Assembly (NCBI GenBank): GCA_031286285.1
Contig: JAITUN010000298.1
Span: 1,799 to 65,798 of the forward strand
DNA: 64,000 nt
Origin: Bacteroidales bacterium
GTDB lineage: Bacteria; Bacteroidota; Bacteroidia; Bacteroidales; WCHB1-69
Direction: 5' to 3'
The position numbers were made by a program, and so were the translations under genes. This document shows positions 37,931 to 46,722 of this stretch, in pieces. The notes below the pieces were generated by a model that ran no database searches, was not told where the DNA came from, and worked only from the letters and a program-made list of their open reading frames with translations. Position 1 is the first letter of the stretch, and each line of letters opens with the position of its first letter.

Positions 37931-38449
37931 TTATCTAATCCCGAAGTCACTTGTTTTTGAAATAATGATTTCTGCTGTTCCATTTCGAATGTTGCTAGGA
38001 TCGTAATTCCAATTCATTTGAAAGAGAATGTATGATACTCTATTAGGGGTATCCTTGTCTTCCAAAGCGATTTTCTTTGTAATAGACCCTCTATACTCTC
38101 CATCCAAAGCACGTTCATCGCTTTCTAAAACGACTGTTTCGCATGTCTTTTCCAATGCTTCTACAGATATTCCTCTACAATAACTATCTTCAAAATGATC
38201 TCTTATTGGAGGTAAGCAAAGTTTCCAACCCCATCCTGAACAAACAATAAAGACACCTCCTTCAGGAGTATGAATAGTGGCTACATTTTTCCAAAATAAA
38301 AACCACCATCCATTTTCAATATCTCCGTCATCCTCAGCACTTCTGATAATATTTATTTTTGTAATAATTTCGGTACTGCCAACTGAGTTTTGGCAATAAG
38401 CAGATAAAAAGAAAACACTTAAAAGTGTTAATAATAAGATTTTTTTCAT
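37931..38449 (-). CDS. small secreted protein, tandem paralog B
   Basis: 172 aa. MKKILLLTLLSVFFLSAYCQN, CSGWGWKLCLPP, GEYRGSITKKIA, RVSYILFQMNWNYDP. Confidence 0.55.
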   Translation of the reverse strand: MKKILLLTLLSVFFLSAYCQNSVGSTEIITKINIIRSAEDDGDIENGWWFLFWKNVATIHTPEGGVFIVCSGWGWKLCLPPIRDHFEDSYCRGISVEALEKTCETVVLESDERALDGEYRGSITKKIALEDKDTPNRVSYILFQMNWNYDPSNIRNGTAEIIISKTSDFGIR

Positions 38450-38879
38450 AACAATAAGTTTTTTGAGTTAATTTTAGTTTTTTTTTAGTATTTCACTGTC
38501 GCAGAATTACTTGTTGTAAAAACATCGCTTATTTATCACTACCTGGTAGGAATATTAAGATTAGGTGAAAGAGTGTTGGCGTTTTCTATGAGTTATTTTA
38601 GTAATGTTATAAGTTGTTGTTTTAAATAATTGGATTGCCAGCCCCTTTTATTCGTTTGTATCAACGCTGCAATAATACAATTTCAGCACCCCCTTTGTCA
38701 AGTCTTTTTACTTTTTTTTTTCTTTATGTATCAATATTCTATAAAAAAAAAAATTACATTTCGAAAATAATTGTAAAAAAGAGTCTTTTTTTGAGAGCAT
38801 TTTAAGAAAAAAACTCACATTCAGAGAAAATACGAAATCCAAACTACTTTCGTTATATTACAAGTTTACTATAAAGGAT

Positions 38880-39215
38880 ATGGACAGTACCCGTCAAAAT
38901 AAAATCGCCAAATTGATTCAGAAAGAACTTGCTGTAATTCTATTGGAAGATGGAATTCCTATATATGACTGTATGATAACCGTTACTCAAACAAAAGTTT
39001 CTCCGGATTTATCTTTAGCACGCTCCTATTTAAGCATTTTTAATGCTGAAAATAATGAAAAAGTAATGGAAACCCTAAAAAAAAACTTAAAAGATATTAG
39101 ATATCGTTTAGCACGTAAAGTGAAGAACCAATTGCGTATTATTCCGAAACTTGATTTTTTTATTGATGATTCTTTAGATTATGTTGAAAATATTGAAAAC
39201 TTGTTGAAATCTTAA
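38880..39215 (+). CDS. rbfA: ribosome-binding factor A
   Basis: 111 aa. RQNKIAKLIQKELAVIL... and VTQTKVSPDLSLARSYLS fit RbfA. Confidence 0.85.
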   Translation: MDSTRQNKIAKLIQKELAVILLEDGIPIYDCMITVTQTKVSPDLSLARSYLSIFNAENNEKVMETLKKNLKDIRYRLARKVKNQLRIIPKLDFFIDDSLDYVENIENLLKS

Positions 39216-39218
39216 TTT

Positions 39219-40457
39219 GTGACAAAATCATTCCCAACTGCTTTCTTTATTGCACTTCGATACATTTTTTCGAAAAAAAAACACAATATTATTAATATAA
39301 TATCAATAGTTTCTGTGCTAGGAATTATGGCAAGTACAGCTGCATTAATAATTGTTCTTTCTGTTGTAAACGGAATGCAAGATTTGGTGGTAAATAATTA
39401 TAATCGATTTAATCCTCCTTTAATAATTGAAGCCAAAGTAGGTAAAGTGTTTTCTCTTGAAAATAACCTGTTTTCTATTACTGACTTAGAAAATATTGAG
39501 GGAATTAAAACAGTCGAACCTGTTCTTTGTGATTTGGCATTAGCTACTTATTATGAAAAACAAACATTAGTAACTTTATACGGAGTTTCAGAGAACTATC
39601 CTCTATTGTCAGATTTAACAGAAATGATCGTTGATGGAAATTTTAATACTGATTCACAAAAAAGTATTGCTTTTGGAGTTGGAATTGCAGGACTGCTGGG
39701 GGTTGAACTCAACGATTTTACACCAGTAAAGCTATATTATCCTGTACGTAATAAGAAAAACATTACCAATCCAATGGATGCTTTTCGGGTGTGCTATGCT
39801 CCTCCAACATGCGTTTTTAGAAGTAATACTCAATACGACGGACAAAGCGCTTTTGTATCTTTATCTCTCGCAAAAGAATTATTTGATTATGAGAATGAAA
39901 TATCATTCTTAGCAATCTATCTCGATGAAAATACTTCTATTGAAAAAGTCCAAAAAAAAATTAACCAAATTGTGGGAGAAAAATTTAATGTTTTGAATCA
40001 AATTCAACAAGAAACGTTATTGTTTAAAACTATTCAAGCTGAAAATCTTATTATTTTTCTCATTTTGGGTTTTATTATTGTGATTGCAACATTCAACATA
40101 GTTGGTATTTTAGTAATGCTTATTATAGAAAAAAAACAGGATATTTCTATTTTACACACTTTGGGCGCTTCTAAGGCGTTACTAAAAAAAGTGTTTTTAA
40201 TGGTTGGCGCTATGATTGGTATTTTTGGAGGAACTTTTGGAGTATGTATTGGATTGATCTTCTGTCTATTGCAACAGCATTTTGGTATTATTTCTTTTGG
40301 AAATGAAAACTCATCTTTTATTATATCTACTTACCCTATCGTAGTTTCTTTTAAGGATTTAATGGCCACTTTCTTTTTGATTATTCTTATTAGTCTAATT
40401 ACTTCAAGCCTCTCCTTAAGAGGATTGAATAATCATTATTTGAAAAACAAATATTAA
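39219..40457 (+). CDS. FtsX-family ABC permease (LolC/LolE-like)
   Basis: 412 aa with a GTG start 3 nt after the rbfA stop. N-terminal FIALRYIFSKKKHN, a large periplasmic loop, and a C-terminal 3-TM FtsX domain. Confidence 0.8.
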   Translation: MTKSFPTAFFIALRYIFSKKKHNIINIISIVSVLGIMASTAALIIVLSVVNGMQDLVVNNYNRFNPPLIIEAKVGKVFSLENNLFSITDLENIEGIKTVEPVLCDLALATYYEKQTLVTLYGVSENYPLLSDLTEMIVDGNFNTDSQKSIAFGVGIAGLLGVELNDFTPVKLYYPVRNKKNITNPMDAFRVCYAPPTCVFRSNTQYDGQSAFVSLSLAKELFDYENEISFLAIYLDENTSIEKVQKKINQIVGEKFNVLNQIQQETLLFKTIQAENLIIFLILGFIIVIATFNIVGILVMLIIEKKQDISILHTLGASKALLKKVFLMVGAMIGIFGGTFGVCIGLIFCLLQQHFGIISFGNENSSFIISTYPIVVSFKDLMATFFLIILISLITSSLSLRGLNNHYLKNKY

Positions 40458-40463
40458 AAATTT

Positions 40464-42818
40464 ATGCTTAAAAAAATTTTTTCCATTCTTATCCTCTATA
40501 TGAGTTTTTTCGCCTGGGCTCAAGAACTCCCTATTGGTCAATTCAAAGAGTACTTACCTTACAATAAGTTTAATAGTGTTGCTCAAGATAGTGAAAATAT
40601 TTATGCCGCAACAAATCAAAGTATTTTAGTAGTAAACAAGGCTGATGCTTCATTCGAAAAATGGTCTAAACTTAATGGATTATCGGATATAGGTATTCAA
40701 ACTATTTACTCGGATGATAAAGGTAGATTATTTATTGCTTATTCAAACTCAAATATTGACATAATAATAGACTACAAAGTATATAATATTCGTGATATTA
40801 TGAACAAGCAAATGACAGGTTCTAAAATAATAAACAGTATTACTACTTTTGGTGAACTTGCTTACTTTTCTTGTGATTTTGGAATTACCATTGTTGATTT
40901 AAAAACAAGACTAGTTAAAGATTCCTGGTTTACTATCAAAGAAAATGAGTCATATAAGGTGTTTTCATTTGCAATCCATAATGAAAGATATTACTTGGCT
41001 ACTGATAAAGGAGTTTTTTCACTCCCGGTTTCTGCTTCTAATCCTGCTAATTTTTCATCATGGACTGAAGAAGAAATGACAAAGTCTCCTTTCAAGCTAT
41101 TATATAGTTTTCAGAACCGATTATTTGCGGTAAGAGATGGGGGGGTATCCGGTGATTCTTTGTTTGTTTATGAAAATGCCCAATGGAACCATGATAAGTC
41201 AATGGGTATCAGTTTCTTTAGAAGTTTTGACAGGAGAGGTGATAACCTCTTGATCTGTAGTTGGAATCATGTTTTCATTAAAGAACCCTATAATCCTGAT
41301 CAGCGTTTTTATTGGCAACCATCACCCCCTAATGAATGGCAAAGTGGAGTTAAGGCAATATTTGATGAAAAAATGAATATTTGGGTTGCTGACAACCGTT
41401 CAGGCTTAGTTCATATTGATATCAAGAATGATACATTCGAAATAATTACCGGTGAAGGACCCGCAAGTAGCGGGGCTTACGGGTTGTGCTTTTTTGAAAG
41501 TGAATTGGCAGTTGTTCCGGGAACCCGGAGTGGCCCAATTGTTCCAGATTGGAGTGCACCGGAAATTAGTATCTTGAAAGAAGATAGTTGGTGGTATAAT
41601 ACTGACTTTCGACAATTTAACAGAGCCGGAGGGTTTAATTCTGTGGTAATTAATCCTCTAAATAAAAACGAAATCTACGTCGCTTCATGGCTAGAAGGAC
41701 TATTTAAAATAAATCGAAAAACAAATGAAATGTTTTGTTATAATCATAGTAATTCTATATTGAAATCTTCAAGAATAAAAGAGATCAATAGTTTAGCAAA
41801 CGACTCAATAGTTTTTGTTTCGGGTTTAGTGATTGATAAACAAAACAATCTGTGGATGACTCAGACAGATGTTTTAGATTTTATTAAGGTTAAAGATCTT
41901 AATACTGAAGAAGAAAAATGGTATTCTTTTAATATGAGTCCTTTTCTAACAGCAACAAAAGGAATTCATTCTGAACATATCTTAATTGATTCGCGTAACT
42001 ATAAATGGTTTACAATCCCAATTATGCCTGAAAAACCTGCCCAAAGATTAGTGGTGTTTTTTGAAAATGGATCTTTGGATAATACATCTTTACATAAAAA
42101 AGCAGAAGTTGATCTTACTTCCCAAGTTAATGTTACAGGCTCACGTATTACTTGCATTACTGAAGATAGAGACGGCAACATTTGGACCGGAGCCGACCAA
42201 GGTGTGAAAGTTATTTTTGATGCAGCCTCTGTCTTTAACAGACAAGTATATGCAAAAAATATCCTTTTAGAACAAAACGGTTATGTGCAAAATCTTCTTG
42301 AATTTGAATATGTTACATGTATTACAGTGGATGCGGCAAATCGAAAATGGATTGGAACAAGATCAGCAGGTGTTTTTTTATTGTCTCCAAATGGGACTCA
42401 AGAACTTTTCCATTTTACTACGGATAATTCTCCGTTATTCTCGAATCAAATCAATGATATTAAGATAAACCCGGAAAACGGAGAAGTCTTTTTTGCAACC
42501 GCTAACGGGTTAATCTCTTATAAAGGAACAGCCACAGCAGGAAAAGAAAATTATAAAGAAGCCCTCGTTTATCCTAATCCTGTTAGGGAAGATTACTATG
42601 GTCCTGTTGCAGTAAAAGGATTGATGGAAGACTCTTTCTGCAAAATTACTAGTGCTGCCGGAAAATTAATATGGCAAGGCTATGCATACGGGGGACAACT
42701 TATTTGGAACGGAAAAGATTTCAATGGAAATCGTCCGATAACAGGTGTCTATTTTGTGATGGCTTCAAGCAAAACCGGAAAAGAGAAAAAAGTTGCCAAA
42801 TTTTTGTTTATACAATAA
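40464..42818 (+). CDS. PorZ-like double beta-propeller protein with T9SS C-terminal domain
   Basis: 784 aa with a signal peptide. Repeated propeller-type segments (two-component-regulator propeller style, e.g. DRDGNIWTGADQGV, AANRKWIGTRSAGVF). The tail VYPNPVREDY...GVYFVMASS...KFLFIQ resembles a T9SS CTD. Confidence 0.6.
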   Translation: MLKKIFSILILYMSFFAWAQELPIGQFKEYLPYNKFNSVAQDSENIYAATNQSILVVNKADASFEKWSKLNGLSDIGIQTIYSDDKGRLFIAYSNSNIDIIIDYKVYNIRDIMNKQMTGSKIINSITTFGELAYFSCDFGITIVDLKTRLVKDSWFTIKENESYKVFSFAIHNERYYLATDKGVFSLPVSASNPANFSSWTEEEMTKSPFKLLYSFQNRLFAVRDGGVSGDSLFVYENAQWNHDKSMGISFFRSFDRRGDNLLICSWNHVFIKEPYNPDQRFYWQPSPPNEWQSGVKAIFDEKMNIWVADNRSGLVHIDIKNDTFEIITGEGPASSGAYGLCFFESELAVVPGTRSGPIVPDWSAPEISILKEDSWWYNTDFRQFNRAGGFNSVVINPLNKNEIYVASWLEGLFKINRKTNEMFCYNHSNSILKSSRIKEINSLANDSIVFVSGLVIDKQNNLWMTQTDVLDFIKVKDLNTEEEKWYSFNMSPFLTATKGIHSEHILIDSRNYKWFTIPIMPEKPAQRLVVFFENGSLDNTSLHKKAEVDLTSQVNVTGSRITCITEDRDGNIWTGADQGVKVIFDAASVFNRQVYAKNILLEQNGYVQNLLEFEYVTCITVDAANRKWIGTRSAGVFLLSPNGTQELFHFTTDNSPLFSNQINDIKINPENGEVFFATANGLISYKGTATAGKENYKEALVYPNPVREDYYGPVAVKGLMEDSFCKITSAAGKLIWQGYAYGGQLIWNGKDFNGNRPITGVYFVMASSKTGKEKKVAKFLFIQ

Positions 42819-42863
42819 CAACAGTAGGGCGTTGTGTGAAGCGCCTCTACATAAAAAATATTC

Positions 42864-43580
42864 ATGTTTGTTTCAACCAAGGGGATCGTTTTACAAACCA
42901 TAAAATATTCTGATAATAGTTTGATTGTCAAAATTTTTACTCGAAACGCCGGGATTGTCTCTTTCATCATTAAAAATGCATTCTCCAAAAAAAGTAAACA
43001 ACCTGCATCCTATTTTGCTCCTTTAACGATTTTGGATATCATTTATAAAGAAACTTATACTGAAAAACTGTCTTTTCTCAAAGAGGTTTCCATCTCAAAT
43101 CCTTTTCATGCCATTCATTACGATTTAAAAAAAAGCAGTATCCTTCTTTTTTATCAAGAACTATTGATGAAACTGTTGGTTCAGGCAAATGCTTCCGATG
43201 AGCCTCTGTTTGATTTTATACAAGAACATTTGATAAAATTAGAATCCACACAAGAAGTTGCTCCCGATTTTCACATCATTTTTCTCATTCAACTCATTCA
43301 GCAATTGGGATATAAACCGGAACAGAACTTTACACTACAAACCCCCTATTTTTCCATTGAGGATTCCAATTTTGGGAGTAAATTTATAGACATACCCTAT
43401 TTTTTATCAAAAGAGGCAAGTTATTATCTTTTTACAATTCTTAAAAAACAGAACCACATCATTCCCGAAAAGAAAACGCGAATGGAATTATTGAACGGGA
43501 TGCTTCTATACTTAATGAAAAACAATAATCAAATCAAGGAGATTGAATCTGTGGTAATATTATCGGAAGTGCTAAGCTAA
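42864..43580 (+). CDS. recO: DNA repair protein RecO
   Basis: 238 aa. The N-terminal OB-fold pattern TKGIVLQTIKYSDNSLIVKIFT is typical of RecO. Confidence 0.85.
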   Translation: MFVSTKGIVLQTIKYSDNSLIVKIFTRNAGIVSFIIKNAFSKKSKQPASYFAPLTILDIIYKETYTEKLSFLKEVSISNPFHAIHYDLKKSSILLFYQELLMKLLVQANASDEPLFDFIQEHLIKLESTQEVAPDFHIIFLIQLIQQLGYKPEQNFTLQTPYFSIEDSNFGSKFIDIPYFLSKEASYYLFTILKKQNHIIPEKKTRMELLNGMLLYLMKNNNQIKEIESVVILSEVLS

Positions 43581-44780
43581 TTTTTTAATAATCATTGCGG
43601 TACCCATTCCGCCGCCGATGCACAGTGATGCTAAACCGTAGGTTTTGTTTTCGTTGATCAACTCATGTACTAACGTTACTAAAATGCGGTTTCCTGAAGC
43701 TCCGATGGGGTGTCCTAATGCAATTGCCCCGCCGTTAATATTGGTGCGCGCTTGCAACCACTCGTCGGTAACGCCATGTTCTCGGATTAGTTCATGGATA
43801 ACGCCCAACGATTGAGCAGCAAATGCCTCGTTCAACTCCAACAGTTCCATATCCGAAAGTTTCATGTTGGCTTTTCGAAGCGCATTTTTGATTGCCGGAA
43901 CAGGACCTAATCCCATCACTGCGGGATCTACTCCACCTTGACCGGTAGCAATAATCTCTGCCAGCGGTTTCAATCCCAGCTCTTTTACTTTTTCTTCGGA
44001 ACAAAGCAGCACGAAAGAAGCGCCATCATTAATTCCGGAAGCGTTTCCTGCGGTTACAGTACCCTCTTTTTTAAACGCAGGTTTTAGTGTGCCTAATTTT
44101 TCAAAAGAAGTTGCGCGATTGGGGTATTCATCTGTGTTGAAAACAATAGTCTCTTTTTTGGAAACAATTTCCACCGGAACGATCTCGTTCATAAATTTTC
44201 CGGCATCCACCGCTTTGATAGCTTTGGTTTGAGAGTTGATGGCAAATTGGTCTTGTGCTTCTCGTGAAATGCCAAACTTTTCTGCCACGTTTTCTGCGGT
44301 TATCCCCATGTGGTATCCTTCAAATGCGTCTGTCAATCCGTCGTTTACCATGTGATCAACGGCGGTAATGGCGCCCATTTTCACGCCGTTTCTGAGTGCG
44401 CCGCTCATCACAAATCCGGCATTTGACATCACTTCCGTGCCGCCCGCCAGCACAATATCGGCATCGCCCGTCAAAATATCGTTGTAACCATTCATAACGG
44501 CTTTTAATCCGCTGCCACACACCATATTAATTGCGTAGGCAGGTACTTCCACAGGAACACCTGCTTTTACAGCGGCTTGCCGGATTATTCCCTGCCCTTG
44601 ACCGGCGCTGAGAATATTTCCGCCAATCACTTCATCAATTTGATTGGGTTGCACTCCCGATTCTGCAATAATATTTTTGATAACAATTGCGGCTAACTCC
44701 GCAGGGCTGAAATTGGATAGCGTCCCAAACATTTTTCCAATTGGGGTGCGCTTTGCTGATACGATGTAAACTTTTTTCAT
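43572..44780 (-). CDS. acetyl-CoA C-acetyltransferase (thiolase II)
   Basis: 402 aa. VYIVSAKRTPIGKMFG, active-site region NMVCGSGLKA, NINGGAIALGHPIGASG and CIGGGMG. Confidence 0.9.
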   Translation of the reverse strand: MKKVYIVSAKRTPIGKMFGTLSNFSPAELAAIVIKNIIAESGVQPNQIDEVIGGNILSAGQGQGIIRQAAVKAGVPVEVPAYAINMVCGSGLKAVMNGYNDILTGDADIVLAGGTEVMSNAGFVMSGALRNGVKMGAITAVDHMVNDGLTDAFEGYHMGITAENVAEKFGISREAQDQFAINSQTKAIKAVDAGKFMNEIVPVEIVSKKETIVFNTDEYPNRATSFEKLGTLKPAFKKEGTVTAGNASGINDGASFVLLCSEEKVKELGLKPLAEIIATGQGGVDPAVMGLGPVPAIKNALRKANMKLSDMELLELNEAFAAQSLGVIHELIREHGVTDEWLQARTNINGGAIALGHPIGASGNRILVTLVHELINENKTYGLASLCIGGGMGTAMIIKKLA

Positions 44781-44880
44781 TTTTGTAAAATAATATTAAT
44801 TAGATATTTATGAACACTCGTTGAATCAAAATTGCGGCAAAGTTATACTATTTTTTAGAGGTAAGAAAAATACAACAACA

Positions 44881-45867
44881 TTAATTCTTTAATTTCTCCA
44901 TAATCTCCACTGCATTGGTTGCAGCTCCTTTGCGGAGGTTGTCAGCCACGCACCATAAATTGAGTGTTTTAGGTTGCGATTCGTCCCGACGGATTCGTCC
45001 TACAAAAACCTCATCTTTTTGATACGCGGTTAAAGGCATGGGGTACTCGTTTTGAGCAGGGTTATCAATTACTCTAATTCCGTCAAAATTATGGAGCAAT
45101 TTTACTATATCATCTAATTCAAATTCATTTTCGAACTCTGCATTTATAGCTTCGGAGTGTCCTCCTATCACAGGCACACGCACTACCGTAGCAGTGATTT
45201 GTATTTGTGGAGCGCGTAAAATTTTACGTGTTTCACTCACTAATTTCATCTCTTCTGTTGTGTATTTGTTAGGTTCAAAAGTTCCTCCATGAGGAAAAAG
45301 ATTCATGTCAATTTGATGGGGATATGCTTTTTCGCATGGATTTCCGGCACGTTCGCACATAAGTTGGTTAAGCGCCCGCACCCCTGTTCCTGTAACCGAC
45401 TGGTAAGTAGAGACTACCACTCGTTTTAATCCATATTTTTGATGTAGCGGCGCCAAAGCCATTACCATTTGAATAGTAGAACAGTTGGGGTTTGCAATAA
45501 TTTTGTCTGTGGGCTTTATCACATCTCCATTGATTTGCGGAACAACCAAGGGGATCTCATCAAAGTTGCGCCATGCCGAAGAGTTGTCAATAACTACCGT
45601 TCCTTTTTGAGCAAATAAAGGAGCATATTTCAGTGATGCCGCGCTTCCGGCAGAAAAAAGAGCAAAGTCCGGAGATGCTGCAATAGCATCTTCTACAGAA
45701 ATAATTGCTTGTTCTTTGCCACCGATCACAATCTTTTTTCCTACCGATTTTTCAGAAGCTGCAACGAGGATTTCGTTATCAGTTAAGTTTCTTTCTTCTA
45801 AAACTTTGAGCATTATTGAACCCACCAAGCCGGTAGCGCCAACAACTGCAATTTTTTTTTGTTTCAT
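44881..45867 (-). CDS. asd: aspartate-semialdehyde dehydrogenase
   Basis: 328 aa. IAVVGATGLVG Rossmann motif, active-site NPNCSTIQ and GHSEAIN. Confidence 0.9.
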   Translation of the reverse strand: MKQKKIAVVGATGLVGSIMLKVLEERNLTDNEILVAASEKSVGKKIVIGGKEQAIISVEDAIAASPDFALFSAGSAASLKYAPLFAQKGTVVIDNSSAWRNFDEIPLVVPQINGDVIKPTDKIIANPNCSTIQMVMALAPLHQKYGLKRVVVSTYQSVTGTGVRALNQLMCERAGNPCEKAYPHQIDMNLFPHGGTFEPNKYTTEEMKLVSETRKILRAPQIQITATVVRVPVIGGHSEAINAEFENEFELDDIVKLLHNFDGIRVIDNPAQNEYPMPLTAYQKDEVFVGRIRRDESQPKTLNLWCVADNLRKGAATNAVEIMEKLKN

Positions 45868-45978
45868 TTTCTAAGAATTTTAAGATTTTAAAAAAATAAA
45901 AATATAAGTTATTTTTCTTTTCCACTCCCATAATTCTCCGCCAATGGGGAGATATTTCTAACTTCAGGCTTCAAGTTT

Positions 45979-46662
45979 CTATTCAATTGCAAATCGCGCA
46001 TAAATTGAGCATTGAATCTTTATCTTTTTGAATCCCAGCACATATTCATTATCAATAATTTCAAAATTTCTTTCTGAATCAGTTGAAGTTTTATTCTTGT
46101 CTGCATAAATATTTTCTTTGATAATGAGTGGTTCGCCTAGTGTATTACCAATAGCGCTAAGGATGAATGTAGCTTGTTCTTTGGCATCAATAATTGCATT
46201 TCTTTTTACAACTAGTCTCAAACTATCCATTTTTGAGTGGGTAGCAGAAACAAATTTTGTATCCTTAATATTCAAATCATTAAGCACTTGAAAAATACTT
46301 GTTAGCATAGACACATTGGATAGTGTTACTATAAAAGTTTTGTTATTAGTGATTTCTTTTTCTTTTTTAGTAATTGTAACATTATCAGCATTTTCATTCA
46401 ATAAATTGAGTTTTGACAAATCAACTCCGACAATCCTAAGCATATTTTTCATTTTAGCTTCCTGCTCGTTAATTGTTACTTTAAAATTACCATCATAATA
46501 CTCATTTAAAACAATTTGCACATTAATGATATCGGGAATAATCTCTAATTGGGCATTTCCGGTAACTTCAATATAGGGGGTGTTTTCAATCTCGTTTTGT
46601 GCAAAGGAAAAAAAGGGAAAAACAAACAAGATGCAAAACCAAAAAGGGAGCGTGTTTTTCAT
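45979..46662 (-). CDS. SIMPL/DUF541-domain secreted protein
   Basis: 227 aa with a signal peptide. IEVTGNAQLEIIPDIINVQIVL is the typical SIMPL-domain opening. Confidence 0.65.
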   Translation of the reverse strand: MKNTLPFWFCILFVFPFFSFAQNEIENTPYIEVTGNAQLEIIPDIINVQIVLNEYYDGNFKVTINEQEAKMKNMLRIVGVDLSKLNLLNENADNVTITKKEKEITNNKTFIVTLSNVSMLTSIFQVLNDLNIKDTKFVSATHSKMDSLRLVVKRNAIIDAKEQATFILSAIGNTLGEPLIIKENIYADKNKTSTDSERNFEIIDNEYVLGFKKIKIQCSIYARFAIE

Positions 46663-46673
46663 AATTTAAAGAT

Positions 46674-46715
46674 ATTAAGATTAATGTTTAATGTTTAATG
46701 ATTAATGTTTAAAAC
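46674..46715. repeat. heptanucleotide microsatellite (TTAATGT)n, about 4 good units plus degenerate flanks
   Basis: Read directly: attaaga ttaatgt ttaatgt ttaatga ttaatgt ttaaaac. It sits in the 60-bp spacer between the lepA stop and the SIMPL gene start. Confidence 0.7.
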
Positions 46716-46722
46716 TTCATTA

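Larger units (their letters stand above)
37355..38449 (-). repeat. tandem gene duplication with 576-bp period
   Basis: Both ORFs are exactly 519 bp. The first 34 nt of each coding sequence are identical (plus-strand cacttaaaagtgttaataataagatttttttcat at 37840..37873 and 38416..38449), and stretches such as aatgtatgatactctatt are shared near the 3' ends. Confidence 0.8.

Noticed and set aside
43572-43580. 9-bp convergent overlap of the recO and thiolase 3' ends as a regulatory feature
   Set aside because: Short convergent overlaps are common in compact genomes, and nothing further in the sequence suggests a function.
345-46715. CRISPR array or mobile-element interpretation of the short repeats and of the lipid cluster
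   Set aside because: The repeats are 7-bp microsatellites or 19-bp direct repeats with no spacer architecture. No cas, transposase, integrase, terminal inverted repeat or tRNA-flank signature is visible anywhere in the window.
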